IMG/VR virus record: IMGVR_UViG_3300025327_000001
Reading direction: 5' to 3' (one strand)
Length of the DNA: 32,936 nucleotides
Origin: an uncultured virus (IMG/VR IMGVR_UViG_3300025327_000001)
Taxonomy: Duplodnaviria; Heunggongvirae; Uroviricota; Caudoviricetes
The notes below the pieces were generated by a model. The model saw only the letters and a list, made by a program, of their open reading frames with translations. It did not search any database and was not told the origin of the DNA. Both the position numbers and the translations under genes were made by a program. The first letter of the stretch is position 1. The number at the start of each line of letters is the position of its first letter. This document shows positions 26,323-32,936 of the stretch, one piece after another.

Positions 26323-26595
26323 TTATTTCTTAGTCTCCTTTTCATCCTTTTTCAATTGATTCCAAAACGCCCAAGAACCAAGCCACGATATAACAATAAT
26401 ATAATTAACCCACCAGATTTGAGGGAATACCCATAACAACAATGGTATGGCGAATATATTCATGACAATCAAAATATACATTGTACCGAACAACTGCCAA
26501 CTGAATCCCAATATCAGGGCCAATATGAAAGCGTCTAATAATTCAAATGCCGTATGCCACATCGTTAATTTAACGTATCTCTTTGTGTATCTCAT
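26323..26595 (-). CDS. Small membrane protein (2-3 TM)
   Basis: Highly hydrophobic core with a basic tail. Confidence 0.65.
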   Translation of the reverse strand: MRYTKRYVKLTMWHTAFELLDAFILALILGFSWQLFGTMYILIVMNIFAIPLLLWVFPQIWWVNYIIVISWLGSWAFWNQLKKDEKETKK

Positions 26596-26879
26596 AACAA
26601 ATCTCCCTTAATCAATAAATCCCAACATTCATAACATAGTCCATTAGTTTCCTCGTACATTTTCAATACGGCCCTTCCACATCGTTCACAAATCCACTTT
26701 GGACCACAGGCTTTTGTGAATGTAGCCATATCAAAATTAGGATTATCGGATTTCAAATATTCCCCAAGTTCATTGATTAAATCAACGGTGAGACCCATAT
26801 CCCCGCAGGAATAGCAACCTTCCGTGTGTTTGCTGAAAATACGTGCAATCGTCTCATAATATTTGCGTGTGATTGTCAT
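26592..26879 (-). CDS. Hypothetical phage-type protein with C-terminal Zn finger
   Basis: TRK.Y..IA...DNPNFD...F..AC plus CERC...CYEC. Confidence 0.65.
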   Translation of the reverse strand: MTITRKYYETIARIFSKHTEGCYSCGDMGLTVDLINELGEYLKSDNPNFDMATFTKACGPKWICERCGRAVLKMYEETNGLCYECWDLLIKGDLL

Positions 26880-27166
26880 TCCTTATCATCTCTCCCTATG
26901 TTAGCAATCTCCCTTTTTAACCACTCGTCCAAGTCCGTAATGAAATCTACCTCTATGTTTCTCATATGCGGACGCATGATACTCTCGGTGTATTTTTTTA
27001 ATTTTTCCATAGCCTCACAGTAGAGATACCAATAGTCCTTGGCTTTGAGTCTATTCCGATCCACGAACAAAGAAAGATGATGCATATTACGATAATAATC
27101 TATCATATCGCTAAGCCTGTCCATAGCCATATTAACAGATTGCCAATATGTATCATTCATGGTCAT
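26876..27166 (-). CDS. Hypothetical protein
   Basis: ATGA overlaps on both sides. Confidence 0.6.
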   Translation of the reverse strand: MTMNDTYWQSVNMAMDRLSDMIDYYRNMHHLSLFVDRNRLKAKDYWYLYCEAMEKLKKYTESIMRPHMRNIEVDFITDLDEWLKREIANIGRDDKE

Positions 27167-27357
27167 TCCTCATCTAACCCTGGTCTTTCGGCTTTGATAG
27201 GCCCTGTCTCATCTAATTCTGCTATTTTAAAGGCATACATTGTATAATTAGTGTCGTATAAATCTGATTCCGATGCAATGTCAAAGGCTACGTCAAAGGA
27301 TGGTACTTCGCCATAGTAAAGCCAACGATTATTTGCATCTACGATAATGACCTTCAT
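27163..27357 (-). CDS. Small acidic hypothetical protein
   Basis: ATGA overlaps on both sides. Confidence 0.6.
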   Translation of the reverse strand: MKVIIVDANNRWLYYGEVPSFDVAFDIASESDLYDTNYTMYAFKIAELDETGPIKAERPGLDEE

Positions 27358-27857
27358 TCTATCAACGTCTTGGATAGATTATATTCTTCGACCATGCGCT
27401 TAAAGGCTTCCACATTTCCTAACGCATCATGTACCGGATTATGGTCATGCGGTGTTTTCCGCCATTTCTTCCATCCTTGGGACATTGAAAAATCCTTATT
27501 CAATCCAGCATAGAAATCTGATATACGTCGCGCTGAATGTCCAAAGGGATTTCGTCCGAGCAAGCGATGAAATTCATAGTTAATCCATTGCCAATCGAAG
27601 GCAGGATTGTCAGATACGAATATGGGACGGCCTTTAAACTGTTTGAGCCATTGTTCAAAGTTTAAGAATAAGGTCTTTAAATCCTCATCTAAACGTATCG
27701 AAATCATCTCACCGCGATATTCAAATGACTCTCCCTTTTCATAGAGAATACCATAGAAGCTCGTTTGTGTCTTATATTCCACGGCTCCAAACTCTGTCAA
27801 ATATCCAATAATGGGACATGGACCAAAAGCCTCACAATCTACGAATATCAGGGTCAT
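27354..27857 (-). CDS. DEDDh 3'-5' exonuclease (Rv2179c/RNase AS-like)
   Basis: ExoI FVDCEA, ExoII DNPAFDW, ExoIII HNPVHDA. Confidence 0.85.
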   Translation of the reverse strand: MTLIFVDCEAFGPCPIIGYLTEFGAVEYKTQTSFYGILYEKGESFEYRGEMISIRLDEDLKTLFLNFEQWLKQFKGRPIFVSDNPAFDWQWINYEFHRLLGRNPFGHSARRISDFYAGLNKDFSMSQGWKKWRKTPHDHNPVHDALGNVEAFKRMVEEYNLSKTLIE

Positions 27858-27864
27858 TTCATCC

Positions 27865-28116
27865 TCACCCTTTCACATATATATTATATTCACTTGTCCT
27901 ACTGCCATTCATGAGAACAGGTGAAACAATAAAATTAAATCCCGTCTTTAATATTGTTTCTTCTATATAATCTGGTTCAATATAACATTCAACATCACGG
28001 ACTACAAAACAAAGTTCATGTTCTGGGCGAACATATGGTCCTTTTTGTTGTCCAACACAAAGTAATTCTATATCCAACAATAATTCTTCAAAATCTTCTC
28101 GTGTTATTTCTTTCAT
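27865..28116 (-). CDS. Hypothetical protein
   Basis: Co-oriented and tightly packed. Confidence 0.6.
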   Translation of the reverse strand: MKEITREDFEELLLDIELLCVGQQKGPYVRPEHELCFVVRDVECYIEPDYIEETILKTGFNFIVSPVLMNGSRTSEYNIYVKG

Positions 28117-28119
28117 GTT

Positions 28120-28341
28120 TCAAACCATCCAATACTGTAAATGATATCTCAAATGAATGGATAGTTTATATGATTCTTCATATGATAGACCCTTCCCTAT
28201 AAAATATCCCAATGATAATACAAACCAATCCATTTCTTCATCTTTAGATAATTTTGGGTCATCACATATATCTTTCTTAAAGGCATCCAAGAAAGAATTA
28301 GCATGATTGATAACAATATCGTAATCACAGCATTTTATCAT
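28120..28341 (-). CDS. Hypothetical protein
   Basis: GGGGG RBS; DW..LSLGYF..KG motif. Confidence 0.6.
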   Translation of the reverse strand: MIKCCDYDIVINHANSFLDAFKKDICDDPKLSKDEEMDWFVLSLGYFIGKGLSYEESYKLSIHLRYHLQYWMV

Positions 28342-28381
28342 CGAATAATCCCCCTACATTTACACATTTTTATACCTCACA

Positions 28382-28390
28382 TTTATATAT
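28382..28390 (-). promoter_or_regulatory. Possible TATA box immediately downstream of tRNA-Ile
   Basis: ATATATAAA in the intergenic gap. Confidence 0.35.
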
Positions 28391-28398
28391 TATAGAAA

Positions 28399-28586
28399 TG
28401 CGCCCGATAGGATTTGAACCTACGACCCCCGGCTTTCTTAGGAAGGAATTTGGAATTTACCAACCTTGTACCAGAATCATAGCATTAAAGTCCTATGACA
28501 GAACGTACAGAGGGCCATCGCTTCTTACGAAAACGACATTCCTTTCCTATAAGGCCGATGCGCTGACCATACTACGCCACGGGCGC
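28399..28586 (-). tRNA. tRNA-Ile (anticodon UAU) with a 113-nt intron at position 37/38; CCA not encoded
   Basis: Acceptor GCGCCCG/CGGGCGC+A; D-arm GCGT..GCGC; anticodon stem TCGGC/GCCGG with CT-TAT-A (anticodon 28549-28551); T-arm GTAGG-TTCAAAT-CCTAT. Confidence 0.9.
28435..28547 (-). other. Archaeal-type tRNA intron with bulge-helix-bulge splice motif
   Basis: C32U33U34A35 pairs with intron UAAG; 3-nt bulges UA|G and AA|A; intron helix AAGGAAT/ATTCCTT. Confidence 0.88.
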
Positions 28587-28940
28587 ATTATCTTTATCCT
28601 CATCCTCGTAAGAATCCCACAAATCTCCGTTTTCCTTGATTCTTAGGACATCATATTCCTGCCAACGATATGCCATAATACGGTATCGTCCGGTCTTATC
28701 GACCAAATCAGGAACAGGAACCAGAAACTTATCCTTTCGAATAACCTGAATACCAATACAATCGTTCATTCCACCGTAATGTCCAATATTCCATCGCATC
28801 TTCTCGCCGCAGGGACAAATCAACGTAGAGAATTCCTTTTGTGTCCGTTGGAGCATTTCATCATCCCAATAAAGATGCTCATCTATCCACTTATTCACAT
28901 GACCCTTGCCACAAATCCAGATTTCGCCGGGTGCGCCCAT
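28572..28940 (-). CDS. Hypothetical Zn-binding protein between the two tRNAs
   Basis: GGGAGG RBS; CGKGH...CPCG motif; stop codon lies inside the tRNA-Ile 5' end. Confidence 0.65.
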   Translation of the reverse strand: MGAPGEIWICGKGHVNKWIDEHLYWDDEMLQRTQKEFSTLICPCGEKMRWNIGHYGGMNDCIGIQVIRKDKFLVPVPDLVDKTGRYRIMAYRWQEYDVLRIKENGDLWDSYEDEDKDNAPVA

Positions 28941-28960
28941 TGTTTTTTCCTCCCTGTTAA

Positions 28961-29044
28961 TGCGTGGGGCAGGATTTGAACCTGCGAACCTCTACGGAAG
29001 GGTTCTTAAGACCCTCGCAATTGACCAAACTATGCCACCCACGC
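28961..29044 (-). tRNA. tRNA-Leu (anticodon UAA), long variable arm; CCA not encoded
   Basis: Acceptor GCGTGGG/CCCACGC+A; anticodon arm AGGGT-CTTAAGA-ACCCT; T-arm GCAGG-TTCAAAT-CCTGC. Confidence 0.93.
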
Positions 29045-29049
29045 ATTGT

Positions 29050-29196
29050 TTATCTTCGTGAAACTACTATCTTTAACCAATCAAACATACACAAATAACT
29101 ACAGAATGTATATGTAGAAGGTGTATAAGGTTTTAAACCATCAATAACTATAATCCGATGAATGAATTGCTCCTTACACGAATCACAGATTTCCAT
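29050..29196 (-). CDS. Small TRASH-like Zn-finger protein (MEICDSC...FCSYLC, 48 aa)
   Basis: GGTG RBS; not in the ORF track. Confidence 0.6.
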   Translation of the reverse strand: MEICDSCKEQFIHRIIVIDGLKPYTPSTYTFCSYLCMFDWLKIVVSRR

Positions 29197-29200
29197 GTTA

Positions 29201-29503
29201 TTAACACACACCCGTTAACAAAGACAATAATTCGTTCAACCGTGTTTCTAATTCATTTCCTGTAGGCATATTATATTCCTCTATTACACCATTATAGTCC
29301 CCACGGAAACTAAGAACAGCCTCCCACAATTCATGTAATCTATCTGGTGTAATATTCAATTCTAATGAATGGAAACATGAATTACATGGCCATCCATCAT
29401 GTTGTATTTCACAACCCATTGTTGCGCCGACTAACTTAGAACGTAAATCTTCTCTGTTTATTTTCATCTTTATTCCATCCATCAGAAATATTGTGCGTAA
29501 CAA
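29201..29503 (-). CDS. Hypothetical protein
   Basis: GWPCNSCFH motif. Confidence 0.6.
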   Translation of the reverse strand: MLRTIFLMDGIKMKINREDLRSKLVGATMGCEIQHDGWPCNSCFHSLELNITPDRLHELWEAVLSFRGDYNGVIEEYNMPTGNELETRLNELLSLLTGVC

Positions 29504-29784
29504 TTCCCATTTGGATACACATTAAGAAAATACGCCCCACTTTCCTCCATCGCGCGACACAATCTCCCTTTTGTGTTTAGTTGCATCTGGCCAGAATTAG
29601 GTTGTTTGGCTTCACATTCTATTCGGAATTGCACACCTATGAATTTTCCACCCTCTATCGGGACTGTGAAAGTTTGATTGCCTTTTTCATATACTTCCCA
29701 ATGTACTTGAACATCAATTGTTTTTCCACCACAAAAAGGACAAAATACCAATGCTTCCAAATCGCAGGTTGTATCACCGGACAT
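29482..29784 (-). CDS. Hypothetical protein with CPFCG knuckle
   Basis: FCPFCGG motif; GGTGA RBS. Confidence 0.6.
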   Translation of the reverse strand: MSGDTTCDLEALVFCPFCGGKTIDVQVHWEVYEKGNQTFTVPIEGGKFIGVQFRIECEAKQPNSGQMQLNTKGRLCRAMEESGAYFLNVYPNGNCYAQYF

Positions 29785-29919
29785 TGTTTCACCTATTTTG
29801 TACCGTGTCTTTGATAAAAGAAATAAAACTGTCTATCACCCCTCTGATTACAGAAACAGGGGCGAGTAGTATCTGTATCATAGTGAATTTGTGTTTAGGA
29901 AAAGGAAACATACTATCCC

Positions 29920-30348
29920 TCATGGATACTTAGGCCAATTCTTGCTAACCTGAATCAATCTATCCTTGTATTTTTCATCCTTTACTACCTCACGCCAACC
30001 TTTTTCAAGGATATTATAAGTAAAGCGTTTAATGGCTCCAGCCTGCGCTCCTGACAATCCTAAATCATATTTTTCGGATATGTCCATTAAATGTTTATCT
30101 AAGAGTTGATCCTTTGTATCCCAATCATTTTCATCCATTTTTAGGATTTGTTCATCTTTCTTATTTTTAGTGATTGAACGGATTAACTCAAAAACACCAA
30201 TATGAATTGTTTGTTCATATCCCGGACCAAACCCACCCAATTCGATAGTGAATATATTAGCCCCGCTATCCCATCGCTCAAGAGCCTGTTTTGCTGTTTT
30301 TGGAAATAAATAATCATCTTCCCAATCTTCTTTTGACATTATTTTCAC
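29920..30348 (-). CDS. Hypothetical phage-type protein
   Basis: L.RWD.G...E.GG.GPGYEQ.I and GLSGAQ.GA motifs. Confidence 0.7.
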   Translation of the reverse strand: MKIMSKEDWEDDYLFPKTAKQALERWDSGANIFTIELGGFGPGYEQTIHIGVFELIRSITKNKKDEQILKMDENDWDTKDQLLDKHLMDISEKYDLGLSGAQAGAIKRFTYNILEKGWREVVKDEKYKDRLIQVSKNWPKYP

Positions 30349-30438
30349 CCATTCCTCAATTCTTGATACACAACTTAGTCATTATATAGACACGTTAACT
30401 GCTTCCCCTGAAATTCGATAGTGCGGGTGGGGTGCGTG

Positions 30439-30750
30439 TCATCCTTCGGATTGCCATACCGTGGAACAATACCAACAATGTGAGTTATTATATTCATAAT
30501 CGTGATTGACCTTTTCTCCCTTAAACGTCCAACGTGTCAATGGATTTACTAACCGCAATGGTTCTTTACTACGATGCCATTCCCCACAATCCACACAACG
30601 ATACATTTCATATAGTGTTTCTTGTACCGCGTATTGTGTTTCTTCTGTGGGAAACCACTTAGAATCCTGTTGTATTAACCGATGTTTTATCAGAGACACA
30701 GGGCAAATATCCTTTTGTTTGTGTTTACGTTGGAACAAATAAATCACCAT
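30439..30750 (-). CDS. Zn-binding hypothetical protein
   Basis: YRCVDCG, HCWYC motifs. Confidence 0.55.
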   Translation of the reverse strand: MVIYLFQRKHKQKDICPVSLIKHRLIQQDSKWFPTEETQYAVQETLYEMYRCVDCGEWHRSKEPLRLVNPLTRWTFKGEKVNHDYEYNNSHCWYCSTVWQSEG

Positions 30751-30753
30751 CCA

Positions 30754-30945
30754 CTATAAACAATCAATGTTATCGACAGTTGTACTATCAAAAATTGTAA
30801 TGCATACATGACAAAAGCCACGTTCATCATGGAATTTCTTAGGATGGCCACACGCAGAACAAATTGAATCCCTCTGCAGATATTCCTTTAGTCGTAAGGA
30901 ATCCTGAAATCCCTTCGCCGTTGTTATATCCGTGTTAAATGTCAT
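30754..30945 (-). CDS. Small Zn-binding protein (likely start MTFNTD)
   Basis: CSACGH....H...C..C motif; ATGA overlap. Confidence 0.55.
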   Translation of the reverse strand: MTFNTDITTAKGFQDSLRLKEYLQRDSICSACGHPKKFHDERGFCHVCITIFDSTTVDNIDCL

Positions 30946-31064
30946 ACAGAAGCCCCACAAACAACACAAATTAATTCTTGACACTCCGGCCCGTGTTCCT
31001 CACAATCAATGATTCTGAATTGTTTACTGCCACAATCTTGACAGCATTCAGTTTCTTCCAACAT
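30942..31064 (-). CDS. Small Zn-ribbon protein (MLEETECCQDCG...CVVCG, 40 aa)
   Basis: Two CxxCG motifs; ATGA overlap; not in the ORF track. Confidence 0.6.
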   Translation of the reverse strand: MLEETECCQDCGSKQFRIIDCEEHGPECQELICVVCGASV

Positions 31065-31089
31065 AAAACCAATCCAGATAGTTAATAAT

Positions 31090-31440
31090 TAATGGCCCCG
31101 GTTGTTTTTCTTTGACCTCGGCGGGTATTGTATCCTATTTTCCCCATCTCGGGCCTTTGTCCAACAACCGGGGGTATTTTACAATCTTTTTTTCCTCCTT
31201 TTTATTTTTTCTTATAAAGTTTCCATGTGTTTGGCGTTCGTGTTTCTTGGCTCACCCGACAGATTCGGGAATTGAACCCGTTTCTGCCATTTGTGTTCTC
31301 TTTCTCGCTTGATTCACCCGATGCTTTCGTGTGTGTGATGAAATTCTGTCCGGGTATCGCGTGTTTGCGAGCATTCCCAATCTCCGAGCCTCGGCCATCG
31401 CATCCATATATCCCGAACTTCGGGGTTTTGTTTGTGGCAT
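31090..31440 (-). ncRNA. Candidate structured non-coding RNA (multi-stem, with a tRNA-like T-loop hairpin)
   Basis: Several GC stems separated by A/C-rich linkers; CGGG-TTCAATT-CCCG; 11-bp stem at 31096-31173; G-U pairs favour the minus strand. Confidence 0.45.
31252..31440 (-). CDS. Basic 62-aa ORF overlapping the candidate RNA
   Basis: GGAGTGA RBS and TAATG overlap with the upstream ORF; no recognisable motif. Confidence 0.4.
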   Translation of the reverse strand: MPQTKPRSSGYMDAMAEARRLGMLANTRYPDRISSHTRKHRVNQARKRTQMAETGSIPESVG

Positions 31441-31604
31441 TATGTTCCATCACTCCTATTAGTATGAATCCACGTACTACAGTTTTTACACTTCATTCTG
31501 CCAATAATAATGTAACTCCAAGAATCTAAATCGTTTAGAATATTAGTAAATCCACATCCACAAAGAATTTTAATTTCATTGTGATTATTTTGTGTCATGG
31601 TCAT
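31440..31604 (-). CDS. Small Zn-ribbon protein (MTMTQNN...CGCG...CKNC, 54 aa)
   Basis: Fills the gap; TGATG and TAATG overlaps; not in the ORF track. Confidence 0.55.
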   Translation of the reverse strand: MTMTQNNHNEIKILCGCGFTNILNDLDSWSYIIIGRMKCKNCSTWIHTNRSDGT

Positions 31605-31810
31605 CAATCCTTTAACATGATTGGATTTACTGTTATTTTATGGATGTAGTGTAAGTGTTGTGCCAGCAATTTTAGATTTTTTACGTGTTCCTCAATTGAA
31701 TAGGAAGTTTTCTCGTAATCGCACCCTGTTTCATGGCAGGTGATTGTCCACATTTCCATGTGTTCGATTGTATATTTTGGATTTGTGTGATTGTAGATAT
31801 TGTTAGTCAT
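31604..31810 (-). CDS. C2H2-like Zn-finger protein
   Basis: CHETGC...HLHYIH motif. Confidence 0.6.
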   Translation of the reverse strand: MTNNIYNHTNPKYTIEHMEMWTITCHETGCDYEKTSYSIEEHVKNLKLLAQHLHYIHKITVNPIMLKD

Positions 31811-32036
31811 CTGTATCCTCTACCTTGAGTAATTTGTAATCTGGATGAGAATCAAGCCAACGGAGAATATCTTCGTCGGTAGCCTCAAACAGAAGAAAGA
31901 AAGGAATTCCCTTTTCTTCTGCCCTGTGTTCAGGGTCATTGTCTATTCTGACCCGGAAAGTGATATCATTTGGTGTTCTGCCGTGGGCTCTCCAGAAAGA
32001 GAAAACGCCATCGTGGAAGTGATATGTTTTGGTCAT
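31803..32036 (-). CDS. Hypothetical protein
   Basis: GGAGG RBS; tight packing. Confidence 0.6.
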   Translation of the reverse strand: MTKTYHFHDGVFSFWRAHGRTPNDITFRVRIDNDPEHRAEEKGIPFFLLFEATDEDILRWLDSHPDYKLLKVEDTDD

Positions 32037-32037
32037 A

Positions 32038-32934
32038 TCAAATCAATGCCTCCAAGACCTTTTGTAGTTCATCCTCAAAGTGTCGGCTATTGTCCTCCGC
32101 GCCGCTGATGATATGGATATATTCGTGGATTAATGTCCCAATCAGGGATTTTGACTTCTTGAATTGTGATCGACGTATACCAATTGTATCGCCCTTTGCA
32201 ACCCCGACGTTGCTTTCATCGGTTTCATTCAAGCGGCTCTCAAACACCCAAATCTTGGTGTTTTTGATTTCTTTAATTTCCCAATATCCATATGCCTTTT
32301 CTAGAATGGATAATGCATAGGATTTGCTTTTGTTAAGTGTTTCAAGTTCCTTCGTCGTGAGATTCTTTGATATTACGTATTCTGCTGCATTTCCCAAAGC
32401 CTTGTCAGGTGTCAGAATCCCAAACGATTTAACGAGAAAATTGGCCATGTAATCATTGGAACATGGAATCGGATTAAATCCCCATTCCCTAAGTGTCCGA
32501 ATCTCGATATCAGACTTTGCAATTGCGAATTGTGCACCTTTCTTCTTTTCGTAAGATTCCCTGATGATTTCATCCCAAATTTGGGTGTTTCTCGGTTTTA
32601 TTAAGTTCCAGATTGTAGCAGCCTTCGGGTGCTTCATCAACATTGTGAATAATTGTTTGATTGTATCCTTATCCTCATCAATGGATGTTATGATTGGACC
32701 GAGCTTGTTATTTATTTCCCATTCGGAGAAAATTGTCCGATCCCTGTTGAGTTTCAGACCAAACAAATTGAACGATAGTTCCGTGCCAGCGAAATAATCA
32801 TCAGAAATTTTGATTCCGTGGCAGAAAATCTCCCCGTGTCCCTTGGAATAAATCTCGCCTTCGATATTGTCAACGACAGAAGATTTCACGGGTTTTCTTC
32901 CTTGCATGAACAGGAAAATACTCTTGATTTCGTC
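32038..32934 (-). CDS. Partial protein (5' end outside the window) with C-terminal HEXXH zincin-like motif
   Basis: Frame is open to the window edge; TLIHEYIH...A.D....FE motif. Confidence 0.7.
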   Translation of the reverse strand, partial: DEIKSIFLFMQGRKPVKSSVVDNIEGEIYSKGHGEIFCHGIKISDDYFAGTELSFNLFGLKLNRDRTIFSEWEINNKLGPIITSIDEDKDTIKQLFTMLMKHPKAATIWNLIKPRNTQIWDEIIRESYEKKKGAQFAIAKSDIEIRTLREWGFNPIPCSNDYMANFLVKSFGILTPDKALGNAAEYVISKNLTTKELETLNKSKSYALSILEKAYGYWEIKEIKNTKIWVFESRLNETDESNVGVAKGDTIGIRRSQFKKSKSLIGTLIHEYIHIISGAEDNSRHFEDELQKVLEALI

Positions 32935-32936
32935 CA

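Noticed and set aside
28435..28547. C/D or H/ACA guide RNA in the tRNA intron
   Set aside because: No RUGAUGA/CUGA boxes, and no K-turn plus correctly placed ACA box could be identified
31257..31289. Third tRNA gene suggested by GGTTCAATTCC
   Set aside because: No acceptor stem, D-arm or anticodon arm at the correct spacing; kept only as part of the ncRNA candidate
31202..31453. 83-aa alternative ORF (MMEHNAT...)
   Set aside because: Its start sits within the RBS; the TAATG overlap and RBS spacing favour the 31440 start
739..32797. Plus-strand ORFs in the six-frame track
   Set aside because: Nearly all are antisense shadows of well-supported minus-strand genes or tRNAs, with no RBS or recognisable motifs
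1..32936. CRISPR array, DGR, tandem repeats, transposase or genome-wide alternative genetic code
   Set aside because: No regularly spaced repeats, reverse transcriptase or transposase motifs were seen; TAA, TAG and TGA all terminate intact genes with tight packing

Overview
An AT-rich, gene-dense segment in which essentially all credible genes lie on the minus strand, with overlapping stop/start junctions. It is most consistent with the non-structural (early/middle) region of a large archaeal virus or similar extrachromosomal element. Evidence for an archaeal host: GGTGA/GGAGG ribosome-binding sites, TTTATATA-type TATA boxes, a DUF504 protein, an archaeal-type RNase HI, a KaiC/RecA-like ATPase, and a CCA-less tRNA with a bulge-helix-bulge intron. 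Recognisable genes: a RecA/KaiC-superfamily ATPase interrupted in Walker A by an Ala-starting class 3 (WCT) LAGLIDADG intein, NADAR, a probable OB-fold ssDNA-binding protein, a Zn-dependent deaminase, an Rnl2-like RNA ligase, RNase HI, DUF504, DUF932, a MoxR AAA+ ATPase with its VWA/metallopeptidase partner, a SLOG protein, a DEDDh exonuclease and a partial HEXXH protein. There are two tRNAs: Leu(UAA) and an unusual Ile(UAU) with a 113-nt structured intron. The remainder is dozens of small, often Cys/His-rich proteins that fall into several expanded paralogous families. The strongest novelty candidates are a roughly 350-nt structured ncRNA-like region with a tRNA T-loop hairpin (31090-31440), the intron-containing tRNA-Ile(UAU), and the expanded Zn-finger repertoire. 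No capsid, terminase, integrase, CRISPR array or reverse transcriptase is visible. All calls come from reading motifs by eye; no searches were run.
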